A stretch of 64,000 nt of DNA from Pavona decussata (GCA_977016875.1 CDRNST010000093.1:744001-808000), one strand, 5' to 3'; positions 26,370 to 38,667 are shown, numbered from the stretch's first letter. Translations and numbers: made by a program. Notes: a model not told the origin generated them from the sequence alone.

Positions 26370-28968
26370 TTAAACTCTTGTTCCAGTGTCTATTTTGGCC
26401 AAACGACAGATTCCTTGAAGAAGCAACTCTGGCACTTTCTCGATATCGAGAGAGGGCGGCTCATCATTCTCAACTGAGGCACTATTAAGGTCTGTCTCCT
26501 CTTCATCTTCTTTACCTGCGTCTTCACTGACATTCTCGGCCATTGGTGTAACTTTCTGTTGACCTGGTTTTCTATTGCTCCCTTGAGATGTGTTTCGCCC
26601 TGTCTGTTTGTCTTGTCCCTTCTTTTTTCTCTGTTTATCTTTCTTCGGTAATTTTCCCTCGCTCTTTTCTTCTGTAAGCTTTATTTCCATTGGCTTTCTT
26701 CGGACGTCGGTCAAAACAGCCATCTCAGTGGGAAAATTCGACGGAAAATCTATGGCAAACTGTCCCTTTTGGTGGTTCAAGGACAAACTTATGTCATGTG
26801 TTTTTGTATCTCTGCTTGTTCCAGTGATTTGGAAGAACTTCTGAAGAGCACCATGGATCTTTCCGAAGAGCTGCATTCCGTCCTCTGTGGAGTACCACTG
26901 CTCTGTTTTGGTCTCAGCTTCGTTCGCTGTTGCTGCAGTTGGTCCAACTACTTCCAAGGAGTCAGACACTCTTTCACTATGGTAACGGTGAAAACGACGA
27001 TCTTGTGAGAAAGGACCAGTTTCAAGGAGGCGAAAACCACTGTCTCCTTCTAGTGTTTCTGAAAGAAGAACGAGAAACCAAACATTACGTTCGCGTGGAG
27101 TACTTTTTTTTAAGAGTGGCTGAGTCATTAAGTCAATTGTAGTCAAAAAAACTAATCACCTACACATCTCAGGAAAGTTCATTACTACAAAGCTTTCAGT
27201 CGTATACAGCTTCTTACTTGCTTACGTCTACACCAGGTGTGCACTAATAGAAGTGTAATCTAATTTTTAAACATTTTACTGTAATAGATGAGTTTTAATC
27301 GGACTAATAAGTTTGCCTCGAGTACAGAAAAATTCCTAGTCGGTCTACCACCCATCGCAACCGATAACGGCATAAGAAGAACTGTATGACAATGTTTGTT
27401 TGTTTTTTTTATTTTCCTGAAAGCTGTTAGGCAATCTTGATAGTTTCATTGTCAAGAATATATCAAGAATTATATCAATTATAGATTGATCCAAGGTCTG
27501 TCAAGAGATTTCAGTATAAAAATAAATCATGGAGCGGGAAGAAGACATTAATTACCGATCACTCCGTCCAATTGTTTTTCGTGATAAGAACTTTTCTGAG
27601 AGACACGGAGCTCCACTTTCATTCTTTTCTTGTCGGAAGACAATCCTACTGTCATCTTGACAAAGCAAAGCGACTCCTCGTCGATTTCGCTCTCACCTGC
27701 AATTTAAAATATATTAAAGGCTCATGGTCTCACCAAATATAAATAAATAAAACGGTATATGGCACTCGTTACAAATAATTTACAACTGTTGTCATACTTT
27801 CGGTAGCAAATCACACTGCTGTCGTCGTTGGTATTCGCCTCTTCAAATGAAATAAAATAATAAATAAATGGGAATTTCAGTGGAAATCCGCAGAATAACT
27901 TTTTTGTCCGCTGTTTCCTGATTGAATTGGAAAGGAGATACAGTCCCTACTTGCATGTTTATAACCCCACCTTATAAGGCTAACCAGATTTGTTTTCGTC
28001 TTTCCAAACATCTCAACAAACTCGAAATCTATCAAATGTGTCTGCATTTTAAAATATAATATTTGAAAAGCACCCACTTCGATCGCAGTGAAATTAAATA
28101 CATTTTTTAAAGAACTGAAAACTAATATCAGATTCTATTGTGGTTTGTCTTTGTCGAGCCCCAAGGTAGGGCGATGGTGCTTTTAAAGTTGGGTAAAACG
28201 GCGTTAGAACTTGTAAACGGCATTTTTTTTCATTAAAATTAGCGCTGGAAATTAAAATAACCGAATGGCAGATGTGCTTTAAACTAACCCCTACAAGCCC
28301 ACTTGTAATTTGAATAGAAAAATATAAATTTCTGAGAAAATTCCCATTGAAAACACCGTTGCCATGGTAACATCAAATTAATGTAATAACACAAGCATGC
28401 AACACACTTTCAGCAGATAAATGTTCGAAAAAAAATAATCAAGTGTGGTAAATTTTGGTTGACTATCTGTCCGTGCGTGTAGACCCCCCCCTCCCCCCAC
28501 CCCACAATCCCCTTCCGGTATGGTGTGAGGGAAACTTAGGCTAGCGCTTTGCATCCTTGTTTGTCTAATACTGTCACGCTCGCTAGAAATCTCTGATTTT
28601 AGAAGGGTTTGCAGCTAAAACACTATCACCAGAGCGTGAACATATGCATGGGACAAAAACTGAAACAGGCACAGAAATCGTGGAGTTATTATGATCGGGA
28701 ACGCCGAAGTCGCTCAAGTTATAATTTAGCTTTTCTTACCTGCATCAGCAGTACTCCAGTTTCCTACATGTCGTAGACCGTGGGTTTCCTTTATATCGTC
28801 TTTTATGAGCTTCCTCTCTTTGAAGTCTGGGTCTCCAATAATATACTGAATGACTGGCTGATACGAGTGAGTCCACAGGCCGTACAGTTGTCCTTTCGTC
28901 GTCTTCGCTTCGATGAGGCGCCTGATCTGCTTCATCTCACCTTCGTGGATTGTAACTGTTACGCTCAT
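26370..28968 (-). CDS. 3-exon gene, 352 aa: degenerate JAB/MPN-like domain + Cys-less E2/UEV/RWD-like domain + charged tail
   Basis: Exons 28968-28740, 27696-27556, 27058-26370. All introns are GT-AG and phase 1, giving 1059 nt in frame. N-terminus: VTIHEGE..GQLYGLWTHSYQPVIQYIIG..HGLRHVGNWST..LEGDSGFR. Second domain: QWYSTEDGMQLFGKIHGALQKFF..QFAIDFPSNFP. Gene model is well supported; domain names are by-eye inference. Confidence 0.75.
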
Positions 28969-29108
28969 CTTTGTATTGTAGTGCTGAGGCGGCAGACTGT
29001 AAAAATTAAAAGTTAACAAACCGTCGAATAAAAGCAACAAACGGAAGAATGGTAGCAGCAGACCTGCGTTCCTGACTGAGAAACCAGGTGACCTTGAATA
29101 CCAGCTGA

Positions 29109-29148
29109 AGTTTCAGTTTCGAGCTCTTGTGGTAAACATTTCTTAGAA
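29109..29148. promoter_or_regulatory. ISRE-like element (AGTTTCAGTTTC) and GAS-like element (TTCTTAGAA) ~140-180 bp upstream of the JAB-like ATG
   Basis: Exact matches to AGTTTCNNTTTC (29109-29120) and TTCN3GAA (29140-29148). Function is inferred. Confidence 0.5.
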
Positions 29149-29579
29149 TTGAAATTTATACGCGTGACGTAATCTATTATTACCGGTTTTTCGCAGAACA
29201 GCAATATTAATTTATTCATGCATGGAATTCCAGTTGAAAAGAAACACAAATGTTCACCGAGCTCGTAGATACTGTCACATGCATTGTTATCGTCGTTCGA
29301 TCTTTGTTCTGGAAATCTTTAAGAATTCAACTCTAGCAACTTACACATCTCAATGATCTCTGTCTTTTGAACCGAAAATGATTCAGGGAAAAGTCCCATT
29401 TAGAAAATAGTGCGGGGATCATAATTCCGCTGATGTATTTAAAGGACAGTTTCGAGACTACATTCGTGATCCTGCAGCAAATTGCAAACCGTATACAACT
29501 TTTAATACAAGCTCAACCATTCTTCACCAAATTCCCCTGTGACTGAAATGTTGCAGCTGTATTTTTAGAACAAATGTGC

Positions 29580-29623
29580 GTTTCGTTTTCTCAGAAGCAT
29601 TCAGCTCCTGTGTGCATGCGCAG
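29580..29623 (-). promoter_or_regulatory. Composite cassette: TGCGCATGC + overlapping GAS/ISRE-like TTCTGAGAAAACGAAAC
   Basis: Reverse complement of 29580-29596 plus an NRF1-like palindrome at ~29614-29622. Same architecture as the cassettes upstream of E2-like copies 3-6. Confidence 0.5.
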
Positions 29624-29786
29624 ATTTGAATAAAAAATGAAACACTTCCGCCAAAGGAGTGATCAAAATAACCCATTAATAGATAGACAGCTGGGCTTGC
29701 GCATGCAGTGGTAGTTTGCTCGGGGTCGTCATCGAAAGAGCATTAAGACAGTGCTGACTTAGTAGCTTTCGCCGGGAGCCATCGTG

Positions 29787-30233
29787 ATGCCTTGGTCAGC
29801 ATCTCAGCAGAAGAGACTCGCTATGGAGAAAGAATTGCTCGAAAAATATTTCCGCAATAGGGTGACGTGGATCGATCCCGGACACCAAACCAAGGTCGAA
29901 GTACGCGTAACATGCACTAACGACAAACAGTACACGTTGAGGGTGTATCTACCGGACGATTTCCCAAACTCGTGCCCCAACATGGTTGTGAAAGCACCGA
30001 TGTTGCGATCATACAACAGATCTTTGTATCTGCACCAGTACCACGGTGACAACCACACAGGCTACAATATAGAGGGCTACTCTGGCATCTGCCACTTTAG
30101 ACCAAACTTGTGGCGATCCAACAACACTCTGTACCAAGTTTTGATGAAAGGTATGATTTGGCTGGAGGCGTATGAAGCTCATCTGCGAACTGGGCAGCCT
30201 TTGAGCAAGTACTTGAGCGAGATGTCGGGGTAG
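29787..30233 (+). CDS. Non-canonical E2/UBC-fold protein, copy 1 (148 aa)
   Basis: N-terminal helix KRLAMEKELL, strand segment ending YTLRVYLPDDFPNSCP (E2 YP.SPP-like), H...G..ICHF at the catalytic Cys position, W...NTLYQVLMKG. Five paralogs in the window. Confidence 0.85.
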   Translation: MPWSASQQKRLAMEKELLEKYFRNRVTWIDPGHQTKVEVRVTCTNDKQYTLRVYLPDDFPNSCPNMVVKAPMLRSYNRSLYLHQYHGDNHTGYNIEGYSGICHFRPNLWRSNNTLYQVLMKGMIWLEAYEAHLRTGQPLSKYLSEMSG

Positions 30234-31660
30234 ACTAAGAGGGTACACAAGCCGATTCATGGGGGAAGGCAATGATCCCAGACATGAAAAAATTGTTTCG
30301 TTTTGCAAAGTGACTATGAACCTGCTTGAACGTTAGAACTATTTTATGAAACTAGGCTATCCGACGCTTTCTAAAGAGGTCATTCTCTCTTATCAATGTA
30401 TATTTATAACTGTTCAGTTAGTGGAGACATTTTTGCGTTTGTTCTATAAGAGCTTCTTATTGTTGCAATTTTTCGTTTCGTTTCTTTTTAAATGTCTGAA
30501 ATAATGTAATGCCATCCATTCGGTGTTTCACTTGGCCAATAACAAGATTGTGAAACTGAATGTGCTATGCATGTGATTCCTCTATTTCTTGGAAATTGAG
30601 GATGTAAACATCGATCAACGAACGAATTGTTGTTAATATTTCGGTAAACTTAAAATTAAAAGCTTCAAAATAAGCTTGTCTTAGGTGAACACGCTTACTA
30701 CAACGTTTCTTGTGTCAAAACGCCTTTATATAAGATACATTTTAGGAATATTGATCACGTGATAATAAACTGAACAGCGCAACCACTTCCAACACGAAGG
30801 GAATCACTATATATGATGCCTTGAGAACAGAGAAAGGAGTAGACTATACCGATGATAGATAGGGAACTTGCTTTGTGTAGTTTTTGGGTAGATGGATTCT
30901 GTGTTCCAGAGCCAGTTCTTGTTCCTTTACTGTATCAAGTACATTTTTTAGCCTTTCACTTTCATTACCTGACTAAAATGGCCTGTCAAAGCTCGAAGAT
31001 AAAAGAAAATTCAAAGATGAAAGAATAACAAAATATGTGCGAAAAAATTGAATTATTAAACCATATCAATATACACAACAAACAGATTTATCAGCCTGCC
31101 AAAACCGTTTGAATTGAATACAAAGGAAGCAACATTATTTTCACAAACTGTTTAAAAGCTTGATTTTCCGAGAAAATTCGAGGTCTTCTTCAGAGGTAAA
31201 CAGCAGTTTCCAAGAAGTTTGTTGAAATATTATTGTATTTTGTTGCTAGTCTTTTGTCGTTGGCTTGCTGCCGTAAGAATTCATCACAAACGCTCGTGAT
31301 AAAAATCTGTGATACAATCATACTTCATTTTCAAGGAAGCTGGTGGATACGTTGAATGTGAGTGTGTTTAATGGAAATTAAAATGAAAAGGAAAAGGAAA
31401 TTAGTTGGCTAGAATGTGATATCTTTCGTCAAAAAAGGTACGTGGATGAACAACACTGTTTGCACCTCTGCAATAGCAATACCTCTTCATTATGTTTTGC
31501 CATTATATTTAACGAGGACGTCATTTATGTGTTGTAGCAGCTCTAACCTCTTACCAGCCACCCACGCATGCTCGACAGGAATCGATTCATTATTTCACCT
31601 TGAAAGCGTAAAACAGCTTTTCGCGCGCTACATTTATAGCCACGATCATATCTTTCCGTC

Positions 31661-32146
31661 ATGCCTTGGTCATTGAGCCAAAGCAGAAGGCTGGCGATTG
31701 AAAGTAGAAACCTTGAGAGAAGCTTCGACCGTGACAAAGTTAAATGGATCAAGCCGACTGGTGATACACAAGTTGAAGTGAAAGTAACATGTAGTAACGG
31801 CAAAAACTACACTATCAGAGTATATTTACCATCTGACTTTCCCAATTCTTGTCCAGAGGTGGTGGTCATCTCTCCTTCCAGCGGTCTACTTGCAAGGAAA
31901 GACGGTTCTCTGATGAGAATGATGAATGGCTACGACCACATTTTACCCAGCAAAGATGGTTACACTCAAATCTGCCACTTTCGTCCTGACTTGTGGAGGG
32001 ATAATAACACTATACACCAAGTGATCATGAAAGGTCTACACTGGCTGGAAGCTTATGAGTTGTATCTTTTGACTGGTGCTTCAATTAGTCTCTGCTTACA
32101 AGCATGTGAAAGCTTCTTTTTCGATGGTGTTGTTATGGAACTATAG
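31661..32146 (+). CDS. Non-canonical E2/UBC-fold protein, copy 2 (161 aa, divergent, extended C-terminus)
   Basis: MPWS start, YLPSDFPNSCP, DH...GYTQICHFRP, WLEAYE. Confidence 0.85.
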   Translation: MPWSLSQSRRLAIESRNLERSFDRDKVKWIKPTGDTQVEVKVTCSNGKNYTIRVYLPSDFPNSCPEVVVISPSSGLLARKDGSLMRMMNGYDHILPSKDGYTQICHFRPDLWRDNNTIHQVIMKGLHWLEAYELYLLTGASISLCLQACESFFFDGVVMEL

Positions 32147-34353
32147 AGCTTTCAAGAACTAATACGATACGTACAATCTTTTGAAAGACTCATGCCACTT
32201 CGATATGCGTATTATAATGACGATAGAAACAATGAGCTTGCTCACTCAGTTGACTCTAAATAATAGCATACTTGGTATGTTCATTGTACAGTCAATCAGA
32301 ATACATTTGTAAAGAGACTTAATTGGGAGAAGAGCAAAGCGAGAGACACTGGACAGTTAATTATTTGAGCTGTACTTCCTACCTGTGTTGTTTTCGGTTG
32401 CTACCGAGTCAGCTTTATTTCATATCTTTCATATCTTATCATATAGCAGGAAAGTGATGTGATGTTTTGATCATGTTAGCGGAACCGTTTTGTAAATCTT
32501 TTTAAATATTCCTCATATGTTTATCTAAATTATACATTTGTCTCGCTAGGAAATGATATTTCCATACATACAAACGGATCTGCATGTAAACAAAGACCGG
32601 ATGTCGACTTCTTGGAAACGGAGGAAGCAAAAAAAGTTCGTTTATATTAGTATTGAACCAGCCCTGAAAATTCAAAGCCAGGCAATATTGTAAAATAGTA
32701 TATGCAAAGACGAAACAGGAAAATAATAAAACTGAGAAAAGGTTTTACCCGGAGAAGCAACATTAGAACAAGTTTGAAATAGCAATTGTGTCAACACTTG
32801 ATCAATAAATATAAAGATTATGCAGAAGTTTGCAGAGCATCGGTGACCTTCCCTTCGATCGTAGGTTTCTCGGTTCTTGTGTTCTTAATCAAAATAGTCA
32901 TGACTTCATGACTTTGTTCGTGTCTCAGTGCCTTAGATGAACCGGTGAAGATCAAAACATAAAGCCGGTATATTTCGGTACATGTAGCAATGGGGGACTG
33001 CAAAGGGAAGTCACGTAGCGTCTGCTCAGTTGAAAGATCAACTTCATTATAACTAAAATTCGAGACCCAGCTGTAAAACAGTAATCAACTTATAGTCCTA
33101 AATCGTGTAGTGTGGCAAAAGCAACCGTATTTCTTGCACCAGTTGTGGTACTGTTTTGATAGCCTGTTATAGCCGTCGACTTAACCAACGAAGTGTATCA
33201 ACTGAAAAAAAAAGGTGATATTTTGGCTGTTTAAGCTGTTGTTTTCCTTCTTTCGTAGCCTCGTTCATTGATTGATGTATCGACCACAAATTTAATATAT
33301 TATTCAGCGTTTTTGACATTGTCGAATTATGTCCTTGACGCCTCAAATTTCCGAGAACTGAAAGGTATAACAATGCTGATAACCAAATCCGTTTTCCTTC
33401 TGCTTCAGTCCTTGAGCAATCAGCCAATCTATCTGTTACTAAAATTTCAAGAGGTTCAAACAGCCACAAAACCCATATTGCATTACCTGCTTTAAAAGAG
33501 AAAGATATTTTCATAAATTCCTGAAAGAGTTGCAGCTAATGTTAGCTTCCACAAAGTAGACACGAGCATTCTAGGTATATACAAACTCGATGTGGGTGTA
33601 TTTATCTCCATCAAGTATGATTGTAAATATGGTCTCCAAACTAAGAGACGACTTCCCTTGGCTCGTTTACAGTTTAGAATTCTCGTCTAAATCATCGATT
33701 CTTTATTCTCCATATTTCGAATACTTGTAACAGCGAATAAGCGCGGAACTTCTGGAACTTTTCAACTGGTTAGAATTTATGTACAGGTTCAAACTGCTAT
33801 CGCATTCTGAAATGGTTGGACTCCGGTCGATTTTACTCTCCAGAAGATTAACAGCGTTTCATCGCCATAAATCTTGCACTAGATCTCTAGCTTTAAAACA
33901 TTTGTGTCCCTCTATTTAACTCATCAATTGTTGAGGAGACGTATAAAGCAACTGAGGGCCTTAACATGTACACTGAATAAGAGTGGTCTTGAGTCCAAAG
34001 GAAGATGTGCAAATGTGGAGAGGTGTAAAGTTTTCCACTATTTTAGAAATAATCATAGTTTAAAGATAATAAAGCAAGTCGGGACAAAATTTGCTAAGTA
34101 CAGCGTGCTCTGTTGTTTATGCACTGAACCTTACCTTTTGATCAGCGTGAATCCGTTGATTGTAACGGCGACAGAATTGGCGAAGGAAACCTTTTTACAT
34201 GCAGAACAAATGAACCAACTGTTTTGACTCAATTTATTGTGAGTTAGTCTTCAAATAAAACCCAAACATTCCAGGAAAAGCTCAAACGTGGCTGAATTCA
34301 CCGTCTACCGCTCTTTCCTAGAACTGATGGTTAATGTTTAATTGAAAAAGTAA

Positions 34354-34563
34354 NNNNNNNNNNNNNNNNNNNNNNNNNNNNNNNNNNNNNNNNNNNNNNN
34401 NNNNNNNNNNNNNNNNNNNNNNNNNNNNNNNNNNNNNNNNNNNNNNNNNNNNNNNNNNNNNNNNNNNNNNNNNNNNNNNNNNNNNNNNNNNNNNNNNNNN
34501 NNNNNNNNNNNNNNNNNNNNNNNNNNNNNNNNNNNNNNNNNNNNNNNNNNNNNNNNNNNNNNN
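34354..34563. other. Assembly gap (N run) inside the E2-like array
   Basis: 210 N. Confidence 1.
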
Positions 34564-36397
34564 TAACTAAAGACAATTGTCAATAAAGAAAGAAAGTGAA
34601 GAATGACTTGAACAGTTTGCTAGGAAGGTCTAAGACAAACAATCTGCCGTAAGTAGTATACAACGAACCATTCTGCTGCACGCTATAAGAATTGTGAACA
34701 TTGGACTTTCACACTAGATTATGTTACGTTACGCTGTTTTTGTATATTTGTCTTTGTACACCCACCGGTACCCCGTAAAAGGTGAAAGGAGCTTGGTATT
34801 AGGCCCCTCCGTATAACCTAAGACCAAACATGTAACTAATTACAGACAATTACCAATGAAGAAAAAAAGAAAGAACGAAAAAAGAAAGAAATAACTCGAA
34901 AAAAATATAGCTCAGTTATCACTAATTTGTACGTATGAGTTTTGGATAGGTTGCGCTAATAATTTCATGTAAACATAACGGAGGAAGAAGAATAAGGAGA
35001 AGCCGGAAAGAGGTATCGAGGTTTCTTTGACAAAATTACATTATCTGGTAAAAATTTTTGCGTTTTTACTTAGGTTTTATAGCCCCTGATGAATTAAGGT
35101 TAGTTTTCTCTGAGAAAAACATTGGGGGCTGTTCGACCTGCCTTGTGTGTTAACAAAATTTAGTTCAAAGTGGTGATCTAAGGCTCCTTACCTATGTTTT
35201 TTTTTTTATATATATAATATATCGAAGATCACTATCGTTTGCTCGATTGTTAAATTGTAATGAGGAAGTTACTTTTTTTTTCTGACCAAGGATAACATCT
35301 CGTCAGTGTCTGGCTAAACAATCCGAATGATTTATTATACAAGTAAGTCTGCACATGCACTAACGTCCAAGAAGAAGAAGGCGTTCTAAAGTGTTGGAGT
35401 AAACGTGTAAAATTAAATGTTCGTCATTTAGTCTGCGCCAATTTAGAGTCTTTTAAATAGCTTTTATTAGTTTGTTCTGTTAGTATTAGCTGGACGTAGA
35501 AAATATTAGGAACTGGCAGTTTCATCCACCGCTAAATTTTCGAGGTGTTTCAAAAAATAACTTATATTGTATTCAATAAGACATTTTATCAGCCTCTACT
35601 CCCGGAAAACAAATGGCATCAATTTTATGCCAAAACGATTTTACAAGAGTTATTTAAGTATGCCTAATACGAGCCGGAAGACTTATTCACCGAAATTTCT
35701 TTAAATACCCAGATGAATTTCATTCATAGTTTATTTATTTTCCCTGTTTCATGTCTATTAAACCGTTGAAGATACCTTCTAATAGAATGATCTACGTATA
35801 CAGAAATGTCACGTGGAATGACATTATTTAATACTATTAGTGCTAATTCTGTGATTGAAATAAACAGTATGACATTCCTCTATTCCAAGTTCACAAGGAG
35901 AAGAAATTGATCATTGCATAATTTATTCATGCATTGAATAAATTTTCTACCCAAGTGCAATTAAACAAAAGCCAAATCATGAACACAAATTGTTCAATTC
36001 TTCTGTGATCAACTTGCAGATCTTGAAAATATACTCTATAAGGAACAAAGAAGCCATATTTCCAACCAGCTGGATATTGAGATAATCGTTAACATTGACA
36101 TTTAAATAAATTTTATTTCAGTTTCGCTTCACTTCCTGAATTAAATGCTCTATGGGTCACTCGAAAGTTTTAATGTTATCTTCATGCTCAAGCGAATCAT
36201 GCATCTGCTATTCTCTTCTTTGCCCATGGCGATGAAAGAAACACACACACGCATTTAATTATTTAATTTAATCACGCTTCCTTCGACAAGGTGAATGTAA
36301 AAGCTTTGTCTACATAAGACGTTTGGAATTTGGAAAACGCAATATATAATGCTTTTCTTAGAAATGTTTGTTTTCATTCAAGTGTATTTCAGACATC

Positions 36398-36430
36398 TGC
36401 GCATGCACCAAGTTCGAAGAAATCGAAAAC
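36398..36430 (+). promoter_or_regulatory. Composite cassette TGCGCATGC-N6-TTCGAAGAAATCGAAAAC
   Basis: GAS-like site starts 125 bp upstream of ATG 36538; conserved among the paralog promoters. Confidence 0.5.
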
Positions 36431-36537
36431 GGAAGCATGCAAACGGGGAATTAAAGTCTACATTGACTGGTTCAATCAATTGTCACGCGAAACAATATTA
36501 ACAAAATCATTGTTGAAAACGTCCTGACCTTCTTGTC

Positions 36538-36978
36538 ATGCCTTGGTCGGCAACACAACGGCAGAGACTTGCATTTGAGAAGTCACTGCTGGAAAAGTAC
36601 TTTCGTAACAGAGTTTCTTGGATCGACCCAGCAGGCGACGCAAAGGTTGAGGTCCGAGTGACATGCACCAACGACAAACAGTACACGTTGAGAATTTATG
36701 TACCGCAAGACTACCCTAACTCCGTGCCTCATATGATTGTGAAAACACCATGGATGACCACGCTGAAAAAGCGAGACGGAAGGGAGTTGGAAGGCATTGC
36801 CGATCACACTTTAGGAAGTCGTGATGGCTGTACCTTGATCTGCCATTTTAAGCCAGCGTTATGGAAGGATAACAACACGCTTTACCAGATTTTCATGAAA
36901 GGTTTGATCTGGCTGGAGGCCTACGAGGCTCATTTGCGCACAGGAGCAACTCTAAGTAGATATCTGGCAGAAATGTGA
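36538..36978 (+). CDS. Non-canonical E2/UBC-fold protein, copy 3 (146 aa)
   Basis: MPWSATQRQRLAFEK, YVPQDYPNSVP, DHTLGSRDGCTLICHF, WLEAYEAHLRTG. Confidence 0.87.
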   Translation: MPWSATQRQRLAFEKSLLEKYFRNRVSWIDPAGDAKVEVRVTCTNDKQYTLRIYVPQDYPNSVPHMIVKTPWMTTLKKRDGRELEGIADHTLGSRDGCTLICHFKPALWKDNNTLYQIFMKGLIWLEAYEAHLRTGATLSRYLAEM

Positions 36979-38059
36979 ACGCCTTGGTGATCTCCATCAG
37001 GCTGCTGTACCGAATTGAATAATCTTGTCTTATGACTGCCTATTCCTGCCGACTATATGATATGTGTTGGTCCGGCATTTCTTCAAAGAGAGCAGGAACA
37101 ACCTGCTCAGACATAATCATTTGACTTGTATTACAGTTTGATGTCTAGAAATTAATACCGTAATAAATAATACTAACAGCACTAAAAATGATTTTCACAT
37201 TTTTGGACGTTTGTAGTAGCGTTCTTTCGTATAGAATGAGCTCATAATTATATCAGTGTGAACCTATGAGGAAACATCTAATAGGAGATGGTAAATAGCA
37301 TAAGATGCACACAGTGTTACATGACAAACACCAACAACCACAACAAAAACAATCATAACTATATTTACCTTTGTTGTCCGAATGAAGCGATGCAGGTAAA
37401 GATAAAGTCAGTATAAGAAAGCGTGATATATTTATGCCGAAACAGAATAATTTAAAAGTGTACAATTTTCTTTCCATGAACCAGAAACTGCAAAATGAAA
37501 GGTTGCAAATTTGTCATTAATTAATAAAAGCCACGTTTCAATTCTTCAAGGATGTCAAGCTCTATACTTTTAAGTGTGTCTTATTTCTTTGAAATTCTGG
37601 ATCATATGTAATTATGCATGATCAGACTGCTTTAGTGCCAAAGTGACCAAGATTTAACTTGAACCTAAACAGGCCAACTTATACTGTTTAATGAAATTAT
37701 TACGCCATAGAAACTCTGAGTCTTTTACTTAAATGTCTCCTTACTGCGGTAGCAAACTTCCTATTTTGAATGAGGACGAATACAACCCTGATAGACCTTG
37801 ATATCCTGGCAGCGGCGATTTCGTTACTTTTCATTCGTCGGATTGAATGGCGTAAACAGTTTTCCACGAAATTCACTCGCAGGCATGATGAAACTGAGAT
37901 GTTTATCGGTATTTCTAGATAATCATAACGGCTCTTTCCGTGTGAAATTGACAGCGACCTCTTTGGTATTTTTGACACTGGGCCGGCATAGACGGAATCG
38001 AATGGTTTTTCCCAGAAGCGTTCGTTTGTTCGGCAGTCGAGCGAATCTGACAGTCAGTC

Positions 38060-38092
38060 TGCGCATGTACCAATTTCAGCGAAAGCGAAACT
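38060..38092 (+). promoter_or_regulatory. Composite cassette TGCGCATG-N7-TTCAGCGAAAGCGAAACT
   Basis: Contains the perfect ISRE-type GAAAGCGAAACT overlapping TTCN3GAA, 145 bp upstream of ATG 38220. Confidence 0.55.
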
Positions 38093-38219
38093 CCAGGAAC
38101 GTAAATAAGAAACTGAACTAAATTAAAATTCGTGTTTCTTGCTAGAAAACAGTACTGAAATTGTGTACAAATATTGAAAGAGCGTAACATTAACATATAG
38201 AAACGTCTGCAATCTCATC

Positions 38220-38667
38220 ATGCCTTGGTCAGCAACACAGCGGCAAAGACTCGCGTTTGAGAAGTCACTGCTGGAAAAATACTTCCATAACAGAGTTTCT
38301 TGGATCGATCCGACAGGCGACACAAAGGTTGAAGTGCGAGTGACATGCAGCAACGACAAACAGTACACGTTGAGAGTTTATCTGCCACAAGCCTTCCCTA
38401 ACTCAGTTCCTCCAATGATTGTGAAAACACAATGGATGACTACGCTGAAGAAGCGAGACGGAAGAACCGATTTGGGAGGATCTCAGTAGTGATCATACTT
38501 ATGGAATCCGAGATGGATGCACCCAAATCTGCCATTTCAGGCCAGAATTTTGGAAAGATAACAACACACTGTACCAAGTTGTCATGAAAGGGTTGATATG
38601 GCTGGAAGCGTATGAGGCCCATTTGCGCACAGGAGCAACTCTAAGTAGATATCTGGCAGAAATGTGA
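38220..38667 (+). pseudogene. Non-canonical E2/UBC-fold protein, copy 4, single +1 frameshift (pseudogene or sequencing error)
   Basis: ORF stops at 38489. Removing one base near TTGGGAGG (~38472-38479) restores DLEDLSSDHTYGIRDGCTQICHFRPEFWKDNNTLYQ...YLAEM* (148 aa). Confidence 0.85.
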
